From assembly GCF_963921235.1 (NCBI RefSeq), contig NC_086097.1, positions 33,358,001 through 33,422,000 on the forward strand: a stretch of DNA of 64,000 nucleotides. The letters are read 5' to 3'. The stretch comes from Mobula hypostoma. Taxonomy: Eukaryota. A program made the translations under genes and the position numbers. Positions 12,707 through 23,844 of this stretch are shown here, piece by piece; position 1 is the first letter of the stretch; the number at the start of each line of letters is the position of its first letter. Below the pieces are notes generated by a model. That model did not search any database. It saw only the letters and a program-made list of their open reading frames with translations, and was not told where the DNA came from.

Positions 12707-14753
12707 CTTTGGTTGACTGCAGAGAGGCCACTTCATCCGAGCATACTGCCATCTTACTGGAATTACTTTTATTTGTCAGTCTTTGTTTATGTGTAGTGTT
12801 CTTCATAAATTCTGTTGTATTGCTTTATTTTCCTTTAAATGCAGGCAAGAAAATGAATCACAAAGTAGATAATGGTAACATGTGTAATTTGATAATAAAC
12901 ATACTTTGAAACTCTGACACTCGCACATCTTGAAGGAAAAGCAGTGAGAATGTCCATGGGCTTTGACTGTAGGCTGGCTTCACCTTTGTTTTTACAGTAG
13001 CGGGATCTGTTTTTCGTTCAGTGCTCACTACCATGCCTTCACAGAATGTGCTTTGTATCAGGCTCCAGATGCTGTGGTCAGTGTGTGCCCAAACATCTGC
13101 AGTCTAAAACAAAGCCAGACTGGCAGATGCAGCACAGCCAATAACTGTTGGCAGAGTCCGTGCAACAGATATCTGTGCACTTACCTTGCCTGCTCCACTC
13201 CACTTCTGAGCCTGATTGTCTGCTCCTTACTACTGTCACGTTGGGAAGGCCCACTGCCGGCAGCTCTCCTGGACCAGATATCTGCACTTAGCCTGCCTGG
13301 AGGAGGTACAGGAGCCCAAAGACCCACACTCAATGTTATAGGAACAGCTTCTACCCTTCCACAATCAGATTTCTGAACAGTCCATGAAAATTATCTCACT
13401 ATTTTTGCTCACTTTCTATGCCTCCGATTTATGGTATATGTTATGTTCTATTCTGTATTTCTGCCACAAAGCAACAAATTTCATGACATATGTCCGTGAT
13501 TATAAACTTGATTTTGATTCTGATTTTGCTCTCGTACAGTACTGAGCTTGATTAACCAGTCTTCCACAAGCTCGAATTCTTTGTCATAATCTATTGTGGC
13601 AGCTTTGTATCTTTACAAAATGTGCTCTGGTTACCTTACAGCAGTTCAGAATTGTGAAATGTTCCAGCAAGGAGTTAGACTTTCGACCCTTTACTGTACC
13701 CAGCCTAGTCTTGGGGGTTCTTTAGTACCCCTCTCTCAGTGACATTTAGTGTCCCACCCAGTCTAACCATGCAATCCTTGAAGACTTGTTCCGCCATTCA
13801 GTAAGATCAGAATTGATCCCATTTTAACCTCAACTACCTTCCTACGTTAGAGTAGACCAGCAATCTTTTCACTGGAAATGTATTCAATGACTTAACATAG
13901 AACATAGAACATTACAACACAGTACAAGCCCTTCGTACCACGATGTTGTGCTGACATAACCTACTCCATCCAAGCTCAGTCTAGCACATCCCTCCCACAT
14001 AGCCCTCCACTGTTCTATCATCCATGTGCCTATCTAAAAATCTTTTAAATGTCCCTAACGTATCTGCAATATGCCTCTTATCTTGTACACCTGAAACTTG
14101 GCCTCTGGTGCAGAAAATTCCAAACATTGATAGCCCTATGAGAGTAGTTGTTCCTAAGTGGATAGATCTTCATTCTAACACTGTGTCCAAGGTCTAGGCT
14201 TCCCCCTCAAGGGGAGCCATCTCAGCATCTAACCTCACAGTCCTGTACATTTTCATGGAAATATGTCTTATTCCTCTAAACTGCAACAAACGTTGGCCCA
14301 GTCTCTGAGGTAGGTGCATTAGATACACTGAAGAAGTATGTGGATAGGTATATGGATCACCTAAGGGATATAGGCCAAGTGCCGGGAAATGGGATTAGCT
14401 TGAACGTGCACCTTGATCAGCATGGCCATGTATGGGCCGAAGGGCTTTTTCCACACTGTAAAACTCCATCCTCAATACTGTTCCCTCTGAGCTGCGTGGA
14501 TGCATATCCGCACAGTAACTAAAATGCTCCAGCACACATAGCCTTTGTTGCTGCACAGGTATTTAATCTAAACATTCAGCGTATGCATATTACGAAAGAA
14601 AACATTTAAAGTGCCATACAATTTTCAGGCCGTGTAAAAATACCCTGCTCAAAGCAATCAACAGGAATTCTGCAGATGCTGGAAATTCAAGCAACATACA
14701 TCAAAGTTGCTGGTGAACGCAGCAGGCCAAGCAGCATCTATAGGAAGAGGCGC

Positions 14754-14789
14754 AGTCGACGTTTCAGGCCGAGACCCTTCGTCAGGACT
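14754..14789 (-). ncRNA. Minimal type I hammerhead ribozyme motif (PLE-associated)
   Basis: Reverse complement is identical to the motif at 16082-16117. Confidence 0.85.
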
Positions 14790-16081
14790 AACTGAAGGAA
14801 GAGTGAGTAAGGGATTTGAAAGCTGGAGGGGGAGGGGGAGATGCAAAATGATAGGAGAAGACAGGAGGGGGAGGGATAGAGCCGAGAGCTGGACAGGTGA
14901 TAGGCAAAAGGGGATACGAGAGGATCATGGGACAGGAGGCCTAGGGAGGAAGACAGGGGGGGGGGTGACCCAGAGGATGGGCAAGAGGTATATTCAGAGG
15001 GACAGAGGGAGAAAAAGGAGAGTGAGAGAAAGAATGTGTGCATAAAAATGAGTAACAGCTGGGGTACGAGGGGGAGGTGGGGCCTAGCGGAAGTTAGAGA
15101 AGTCAATGTTCATGCCATCAGGTTGGAGGCTACCCAGACGGAATATAAGGTGTTGTTCCTCCAACCTGAGTGTGGCTTCATCTTTACAGTAGAGGAGGCC
15201 GTGGATAGACATGTCAGAATGGGAATGGGATGTGGAATTAAAATGTGTGGCCACTGGGAGATCCTGCTTTCTCTGGCGGACAGAGCGTAGATGTTCAGCA
15301 AAGCGGTCTCCCAGTCTGCGTCGGGTCTCACCAATATATAAAAGGCCACATCGGGAGCACTGGACGCAGTATATCATATATATGTAAGCGGAACAAGTGC
15401 TACACATGCCCTTACACTTCCTCCCTTACCACCATTCAGGGCCCCAAACAGTCCTTCCAGGTGAGGCATCACTTCACCTGTGAGTCGACTGGGGTGATAT
15501 ACTGCGTCCGGTGCTCCCGATGTGGCCTTTTATATATTGGTGAGACCCAACGCAGACTGGGAGACCGCTTTGCTGAACATCTACGCTCTGTCCGCCAGAG
15601 AAAGCAGGATCTCCCAGTGGCCACACATTTTAATTCCACATCCCATTCCCATTCTGACATGTCTATCCACGGCCTCCTCTACTGTAAAGATGAAGCCACA
15701 CTCAGGTTGGAGGAACAACACCTTATATTCCGTCTGGGTAGCCTCCAACCTGATGGCATGAACATTGACTTCTCTAACTTCCGCTAGGCCCCACCTCCCC
15801 CTCGTACCCCAGCTGTTACTCATTTTTATGCACACATTCTTTCTCTCACTCTCCTTTTTCTCCCTCTGTCCCTCTGAATATACCTCTTGCCCATCCTCTG
15901 GGTCACCCCCCCCCCTGTCTTTCTCCCTAGGCCTCCTGTCCCATGATCCTCTCGTATCCCCTTTTGCCTATCACCTGTCCAGCTCTCGGCTCTATCCCTC
16001 CCCCTCCTGTCTTCTCCTATCATTTTGCATCTCCCCCTCCCCCTCCAGCTTTCAAATCCCTTACTCACTCTTCCTTCAGTT

Positions 16082-16117
16082 AGTCCTGACGAAGGGTCTC
16101 GGCCTGAAACGTCGACT
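16082..16117 (+). ncRNA. Minimal type I hammerhead ribozyme motif (PLE-associated)
   Basis: AGTC-CTGACGA-AGG(gtctcgg)CCT-GAAA-C-GTC-GACT: stem I AGUC/GACU, core CUGANGA and GAAA, stem II AGG/CCU, loopless palindromic stem III (ACGU), GUC cleavage triplet. Confidence 0.85.
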
Positions 16118-16224
16118 GCGCCTCTTCCTATAGATGCTGCTTGGCCTGCTGCGTTCACCAGCAACTTTGATGTATGCTGCTCAAAGCAATGGTTGTTTTG
16201 TGCAGCTGTAAAAAAAAATTAGAG

Positions 16225-17050
16225 GGAACATTGGCCCTCAATTTTGGAAAGTGTATGGTTATGCACTTTGGCAGAAGAAATAAACGGGCAGACTATTATT
16301 TAAATGGGGAAAAAATTCAAAGTTCTGAGACGCAACGGGAATTGGGAGTCCTCGTACAGGATACCCTTAAGGTTAACCTCCAGGCTGAGTCGGTGGTGAA
16401 GAAGGCGAATGCAATGTTGGCATTCATTTCTAGAGGAATAGAGTATAGGAGCAGGGATGTGACGTTGAGACTCTATAAGGCGCTGGTGAGACCCCACTTG
16501 GAGTACTGGGGGCAGTTTTGGTCTCCTTATTTAAGAAAGGATGTGCTGACGTTGGAGAGGGTACAGAGAAGATTCACTGGAATGATTCCGGGACTGAGAG
16601 GGTTAATATATGAGGAAAGTTTGTCTGCTCTTGGACTGTATTCCTTGGAGTTTAGAAGAATGAGGGGAGACCTCAGAAACATTTCGAATGTTGAAAGGCA
16701 TGGACAGAGTGGATGTGGCAAAATTGTTTCCCATGGTGGAGGAGTCTAGTACGAGAGGGCATGACTTAAGGATTGAAGGGTGCCCATTCAGAACAGATAT
16801 GCGAAGAAATTTTTTTAGTCAGAGGGTGGTGAATCTATGGAATTTGTTGCCACAGGCAGCAGTGGAAGCCAAGTCATTCGGTGTATTTAAGGCAGAGATT
16901 GATAGGTATCTGAGTAGCCAGGGCATCAAAGGTTATGGCAGGGGAGTGGGACTAAATGGGAGAATGGATCAGCTCATGATAAAATGGCGGAGCAGACTCG
17001 ATGGGCCGAATAGCCGACTTCTGCTCCTTTATCTTATGGTCTTATGGTCT
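16225..17050 (+). mobile_element. CR1 LINE 3' fragment
   Basis: ORF LYKALVRPHLEYWGQFWSPYLRKD; tail tcttatggtcttatggtct. Confidence 0.9.
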
Positions 17051-17672
17051 CAATCTTGTCATATTGGGAAAAAACTGCTAGATCTTCTCTGGAATGCCCT
17101 GACTGACCAAGGCAAGTGTGCTAAATACCTTTTCCACAGCATTGTCTGTGATGCCACTTTCAACAAACTATGCACTTGTATCATAGCTTCCTCTGTTCCA
17201 TTATATTCCCTGGTGCTCTCCCATTTATAATACAAGTCCTATACTGATTTGACTTTCCAATATGCGTCACCTTAGATATGAGGGGTGATTGATAAGTTTG
17301 TGGCCTGAGGGAGAAGGAGTCAATTTTAAAAAACCTAGCACATTTATTTTTCAACATAATCCCCTCCTACATTTACACACTTAGTCCAGCGGTCATGGAG
17401 CATACGGATCTTGGACCTCCAGGAAGTGCCCACAGCAGGGGTGATTGATAAGTTTGTGGCCTAAGGCAGAAGAAGATGAGTTATACAGCTCTCGTTACAT
17501 GCACATGCAGTTCAACTTTGAGTGATTATGCAGAAAGTTTGAGGTTAATAACTCATCGGGGTGATTGATAAGTTTGTGGCCTAAGGTAGAAGGAGGTAAG
17601 TTATTAACTTCAAACTTTCTGCATAATCACTCAAAGAGTTGAACTGCAGTTAAACTGTTGAAAAATAAATGT

Positions 17673-17982
17673 AAACAACAGGAATTCTGCAGATGCTGGA
17701 AATTCAAGCAACACACATCAAAGTTGCTGGTGAACGCAGCAGGCCAGGCAGCATCTGTAGGAAGAGGTGCAGTCGACGTTTCAGGACGAGACCCTTCGTC
17801 AGGACTAACTGAAGGAAGAGTGAGTAAGGGATTTGAAAGTTGGAGGGGGAGGGGGAGATCCAAAATGATAGGACAAGACAGGAGGGGGAGGGATAGAGCC
17901 AAGAGCTGGACAGGTGATAGGCAAAAGGGGATACGAGAGGATCATGGGACAGGAGGTCCGGGAAGAAAGACAAGGGGGGGGG
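17673..17982 (-). mobile_element. Penelope-like element 3'-terminal fragment
   Basis: Nearly identical to the terminus at 14659-14960. 10-bp TSD aaataaatgt at 17663-17672 and 17983-17992. Confidence 0.92.
17771..17806 (-). ncRNA. Minimal type I hammerhead ribozyme motif (PLE-associated)
   Basis: Reverse complement agtc ctgacga agggtctcgtcct gaaa cgtc gact. Confidence 0.83.
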
Positions 17983-19377
17983 AAATAAATGTGCTAGGTT
18001 TTCTAAAATTGACTCCTTAGGCCATGATCAATCACCCCTCGTATATATCTGTATTGAAATTCATTTGCCACTCCTCAGCCCACTTCCCTAACTAATCAAG
18101 GTCCCCCTGTAATCTTCTTCACTACCAGCAACACCTTCTAATTTTGTTATTTACAAACTTACTGATCAATGCTTGTGTACTTGCATCCAAATCATTACTA
18201 TAAATAACAAAAAGCAAGGGTCACAACAATGAGCCCTGCAGCACACCACTAGTCACTAGCCTCCATTCTGAGCAACACCTGCACCTTGACCTTTCTCTTC
18301 AACTTTTTATATTTCCGCTCTCCCTGAACCTTGCCCCAACATTATTTTGTTTGAAGTCCTTTCTGTAGCTCTAATTATTGCATTTACCAGGCTTGCCAGA
18401 GCTCAGCTCAACAGAACAGTTTCTCCTCTCCCTGATGGCAGTGTCCCAAGAATTCACATCCACTTCTCCTACACTAATCTTTGAGCTGCACCTTCTTGAC
18501 CTAATGCCAGTTTAAATTGGCTCAGGTTGTGATCTGCAGATCATTAGCTCAGTGGTTCGACTTTATAACTGGGACTCTGGCTGCTCACACTCCTGCAACA
18601 AAACTTCTTTCATTGATCTTCAGGTGCTCTTGGTACCAACATGGATCATGACCACTGGGTGTTTCTCCCCCATGGATAGCACATAGCTTTACTGTGCCAG
18701 CTGTAAGATTGAGGTTGATTCACATCACTGTCTTTAAGGAATTTGTACATTCTCCCTGTGACTATGTGGATTTCCTCCCACATTCCAAAGCCGTACTGGT
18801 TAGGTTAAGCGAGTTGTGAGCATGCTATGATGCCACTGGAAGCCTCCGACACTCCAGAGAAAACAGCCCCAGTTTATTCAGCTTCTGCTTATCACCACAT
18901 GCCCTCTAATCAAGGCAGTATCCTGGTAAAACTCTTTAGCACCCTCTCCAAAGCCTCCTCATCCTTTCTGTAATGGAATGACCAGAACTGCACACTATAC
19001 TCCAAACGTAGCCTAATCAAAGTTTTATACAGCTGCAACATGACTTCTCAACTTTTATACTCAATATCATGACTGATGAAGTCAAGCACCTTTACCATCC
19101 TGTTGCCACTTTCAGGGAGCTATGAACTTGAAGCCTAAGATCCCTCTGTACGTCACTGCTCCTGTGGGTCCTGCTGTATACTGTGTACTTCCCTTTTACA
19201 TTTGACCTTCCAAAGTGCAATACCTCACACTTATCTGGAAAAGCTTTAAACTCCATATGCACTCCCCTGCTCAAATTTCCAACTCTTCTATATTCTGCTG
19301 AATTTTTTGACAACCTTCTTCCCTATCCATAATTTACTAATTCACCCAACTAGATTGCTGTCCAAGTCATTTATATG

Positions 19378-20736
19378 CATTCAGTGCCACTTTATTGGGT
19401 ACCTTCTGTACCTAATAAAGTGCACACTGAGTGTATATTTGTGGTCTTCAGCTGCTGTAGCACATCCAATCCAAAGTTCAACATGTGCATTCACAAAAAC
19501 TCTACTGCACAGTTGTAATGCGTGGTTAAGTTACTGCCAGCTTGAACCAATCTGTCCATTCTCCTCTGACCTTTCTCATTAACAAGGCATTTTCACTCAC
19601 AGAACTGTCGCCCACTGAGTTTATTTTTCTCACTGAACTCTAGAGACTGTAGATTCTAGAGACTGTTGTGCCTGAAAATCCCAGGAGTTCAGCAGTTTCT
19701 GAGATACTCAAACTATTCCATCTGGCACCAACAATTATTCCAGTCATAATCACTTAGATCACATTTCAATAGGTTCAATAGGTACTTTTAATGTCAGAGA
19801 AATGTATACAATATACATCCTGAAATTCTTTTTCTTTGCAAACATCCATGAAAACAAAGGAGTGCCCCAAAGAATGAATGACAGTTAAAAGGTTAGAACC
19901 CCAAAGCCTCCCTCCCAGCTCCCCCTCACACACACACAAGCAGCAGCAAGGCAATGGCCCCCACCTCCACCAGCAAAAATGCATTGGCACCCTCCACCGA
20001 GCACTCAAGCGTGCAGCAAAGCATCAATAAAGACACAGACTTGCAGTTCCCCAAAGACTGCTTGTTCACTCAGTAATTTGACATATCACTCTCTCCCTAA
20101 TAAGGTAAAAAGAGGTGTCCCTGTTTCAAAGCATATCAAACAACTCACTGATTTATGATGTTTAATGTATGTTGCGTTGCTTTTTCCGAGCTCTGCGCTC
20201 AGAGAGCTCAGGTCTCTGGACATACAGCCAACAGCTAACCTGCTGCTCCCAATGTTCTGTGTTCCTCTGCGATGCCTCAGTCAGGGGCACTGGCCTTGAA
20301 CCAGCACATCTCCAGAGCCATGAAAATCCGGCACCCTGAAGGCATGCTAGTCTTCCGGGCCGCATCCTTGGGATACCAAAAAGCGGCTGGATGTGAGACC
20401 CTGATAGCGGGTCCCATTCCCGTAAAGAACCAAAGTCAGAGTGTAACTCCAGGTCAGGGTCTTTTAAGGAACCTTGAAAATGAAAAATAGAGACATCAAA
20501 GATAAAATTAGAGCAGTTTCCAAAGATGCAAGCAAAGGAGTGGCCATTTAGCGCCATCTTGACTTTGCTCTGCCCTCCATTTCTTCCCCACTCTAATGTT
20601 TGGTCTGAAAAACAACTGAACCTCTTAACTATTCTGCGTGCTTTATGCATTGAGTTGCTGCTTCATGATTGGCTGATTAGATATTTGCATTAACGAGCAG
20701 ATGTACTGGTGTACCTAATAAAGTGGCCACTGAGTG
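19378..20736. mobile_element. Non-autonomous Tc1-like element with a nested insertion at about 19770-20561
   Basis: TIRs cattcagtgccactttattgggtacc and ggtgtacctaataaagtggccactgagtg|ta, with an extra internal TIR copy at about 19408-19434. Confidence 0.75.
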
Positions 20737-22471
20737 TATGTTACAAACAATAGGTCCCAGTGCTGGTCATAGACCTCCAGTCGGAATAACACCATTTCAG
20801 GTAGCCGGCTTCAATTCTAACTTCAAGCTTTCCGTGTGGAGTTTGTATGTTCTCACTCTGACAGTGTGGTTCGTCGGGGTGCTGCAGTTCCCTCTCACGT
20901 CCCAATGACAGCGGGTCAGTGAACTGACCACTGTAATGTTGGTAAATAACCAAGAAACCAAAGAGTGCTTGATGAGCAAATAAGGAGTATAAACACAAGA
21001 AATTCTGCAGATACTGGAAATCCAAAGCAACATATTCAAAAAGCTGGAGGAACCCAGCAGGTCAAGCAGCATCCATGGAAATGAATAAACAGTCAACGTT
21101 TCTAAGACCCTACAAGAGGGAAATAAGGAAGTAGAGATGACCCTGATGAAAATGGGGCTTAGAGATGATGGGCTGAATGCCTCCTTCTATGTCATAATAA
21201 CTGGTATATCAATTCACTATCCAAGGTTCAAAGGAAATTTACTATCAAAATACATATATGTTACCATACACTACCGTGAGATTCACTTTCTTGCAGGCAT
21301 TTTCAGGAAAATAAAGAAATACAAAAGAATTTACAAAAACTAGACATAAATAACAACTGACAAACAACCGATGTGCAAAACAAGAAAAATTATGCAAATA
21401 AAAAATAATACTAATAACCTGAGTCTGTAGGTTGTAGAATAAGTTCAGAGTTGTGGTGAGTGAAGTTATACACGCCGGTTCAGGAGCCTGATGATGAAGG
21501 GTAATAGCTGTTCTTGAACTTGGTGGTGTGTAACCTAAGGCTTCTGAACCTCCTTCCCAATGGCAATAAAGAGCATTACTTATATGGTGGGGGTCCTTAT
21601 GATGGATCCTGCTTTCTTGTGACAGTTTTCTTTGTAAATGTACTCAATGGTGGGGAGGGTTTTTCCTGTGATGAAAAGGTTGTATACACCAATTTTTGTA
21701 GACTTTTCCATTCCTGGGCATTGGAGTCATGGACATTGGAGCTTTAGACCATAAGACACAGGAACAGAAGTGGGCCATTCAACCCATCAAGTTTGCTCCA
21801 CCATTCCATAACGGCTGATCCACCATCCCTCTCAACCCCTTTCTCTTGTCTTCTCCCCATAAACTTTGACGTCCTTACTACCCAAGAACAAGTCAACCTT
21901 CAGTTTAAATATACCTAATGACTTGGCCTCCACAGCAATCTGTGGCAATAAAGTCCACATATTCACCATCTTCTGGCTGAAGAAATTCTTCCCCACCTCT
22001 GTTCTAAAGGACTATTCTGAGGCTTGTCTTCTGGTTCCAGACTCCCCTACTATAGGAAACTACCTCTCCACATCCCCTCCAATATTCAATAGGTTTCAAT
22101 GAGATCCACACCCCCTCCCCGCCATTCTGCTGAACTCCAGCAAATACAGCCCCAAGCCATCAAACGCTGTTCATAGGTTAACCCTTTCATTCTCAGAATC
22201 ATTCCAGTGAACCTCCTTGGAACTCTTTCCAATGCCAAGCCCACTCCTAAGTCCCTTTACACCGAGGATTTTTGAATTTTTTTCCCCATTTAGAAAATGG
22301 TCTATGCTTTTATTCCTTCTACAAAATGCATGACCATACACTTCCATACACTATATTCCATCTATCACTTCTTTGCCTATTTTCCTAAACTGTCTAAACC
22401 TTTCTGAAACAACACACATCAAAGTTGCTGGTGAATGCAGCAGGCCAGGCAGCATCTGTAGGAAGAGGTGC

Positions 22472-22507
22472 AGTCGACGTTTCAGGCCGAGACCCTTCAT
22501 CAGGACT
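22472..22507 (-). ncRNA. Minimal type I hammerhead ribozyme motif (PLE-associated)
   Basis: Reverse complement agtc ctgatga agggtctcggcct gaaa cgtc gact. Confidence 0.83.
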
Positions 22508-22515
22508 AACTCGTT

Positions 22516-22551
22516 AGTCCTGACGAAGGGTCTTGGCCTGAAACGTCGACT
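22516..22551 (+). ncRNA. Minimal type I hammerhead ribozyme motif (PLE-associated)
   Basis: agtc ctgacga agggtcttggcct gaaa cgtc gact. Confidence 0.83.
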
Positions 22552-23844
22552 GCACCTCTTCCTACAGATGCTGCCTGGCCTGCTGCATTCACCAGCAACT
22601 TTGATGTGTGTTGCTTGAATTTCCAGCATCTGCAGAATTCCTGTTGTTTGCGTTTAAAAAAACCTTTCTGAAGACTGTTTCTTCAACACTACCTGCCCCT
22701 CCACCTATCTTCATATTGTCTGCAAACTTGACCACAAAGCCATAAATTCCATCATCCATCACTAACATATTACATGAAAAAAGTGGTCCAAATTCCGACC
22801 TCTGAGGATCACCACTAATCACCAGCAGCCATCTAGAAAAGGTCCCTTTATTTCCACTTCTTGACTCCTACCAGTCAGCCAATCTTCTATCCATGCCAGT
22901 ATCTTTCCTGTAACACCATGGGCTCTTATCTTGTTTAGCAGCCTCATGTGTGTCACCTTGTGAAAGGCCTTATGAAAATCCAAATAAACAACATCAGCTG
23001 GCTCCGTTGTCTATGCTGACTGTTATTTCTTGTCTGATGGAAGTACCGAGAAGAGAAAATAACCTTGATGATAGATGCTGCTTTCTTGTGGCAAAGTTCC
23101 ATGTAAATATCATAGATGGTCGGGAGAGCTTTGTCTTTGATGGACTGTACTATATCAACCACCTTCTGTAGACTTTTCCGTTCCTGGGCATTGATGTTTC
23201 CATAGCAGGCCATGATGCAACCAATTAGGATAATCTCCACTGTCCATCTTTAGAGGTTTGTTAATGCTTTGGTGACGTCCCAAATCTACACAAACTTCTA
23301 AGAAAGTAGTGGTGCTGTCGAATCTTCTTTGTAATGGAATTTACATGCTGATCCCAGAATAGATCCTTTGATATATTAATACCAAGAAATTTAAACTACT
23401 GACCCTCTTCACCTCCGATCCCCTAAGAGGACTGGCTCATGGACCTCTGGCTTCTTCCTACAGTCAATAATCAACTCTTTGATTTGTTGACATTAAGTGA
23501 AAGGTTAATTTTGTTGTGACAGGCCATATTTGCGGAGAACCACCTTCAAAACATGGATGCCAGCAGCCAGTGGCCAGCTCTGCTCGCTCCCTGCAGCCCA
23601 ACATCACTGAACAGCACCCAGCGACCAGCACGGCAGCAGAAGCCGGAAGCATCTCAGGGCAGCCCTCTGCTTCTCCCAAGACCACCGCCGACAAGCAAAC
23701 AGGGGACGACCAGAAAAACAGGCATCCAGAGAGTGCCCAGGTAAGACGCTCAGCACACACCCATTGCTCCGTCTGGGATCCATGTTTACACTGCCTTGTC
23801 TATTCAATCTCAGACTGAGACTCAGGCTAACCTCACACACCCCT

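Larger units (their letters stand above)
14659..16176. mobile_element. Penelope-like element inverted insertion (two GIY-YIG/3'-end copies in opposite orientation)
   Basis: Arms 14695-15376 and 15495-16176 are reverse complements. GIY-YIG peptide VIYCVRCSRCGLLYIGETQRRLGDRFAEH is present. 14-bp TSD ctgctcaaagcaat at 14645-14658 and 16177-16190. Confidence 0.95.
17279..18041. mobile_element. Non-autonomous mariner/Tc1-type element (MITE) interrupted by a PLE fragment
   Basis: TA|(c/t)gaggggtgattgat...atcaatcacccctcg|TA. The inverted similarity extends about 75 bp (ggagtcaatttt..aaacctagcacatttattt). Confidence 0.82.
22409..22659. mobile_element. Miniature palindromic Penelope-like insertion (two inverted hammerhead-containing termini)
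   Basis: Arms 22410-22510 and 22513-22613 with a 2-nt spacer. 13-bp TSD aaacctttctgaa at 22396-22408 and 22660-22672. Inserted within a CR1 fragment. Confidence 0.93.
21748..23030 (-). mobile_element. CR1 LINE fragment hosting the mini PLE palindrome
   Basis: CR1 tail ccataagac..ggaacagaa and RT remnant (GDPQRSEFGP...KFADNMK). Confidence 0.82.

Noticed and set aside
14707..16164. Pairs of near-identical ORFs on opposite strands suggesting duplicated genes
   Set aside because: Fully explained by the inverted PLE insertion; most are shadow frames of the PLE 3' UTR.
14659..16176. Palindrome as a pure assembly artefact
   Set aside because: A 14-bp direct TSD, an asymmetric 36-nt tail, a unique spacer and arm mismatches fit PLE biology, and the architecture recurs at 22409. 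Read-level confirmation is still desirable.
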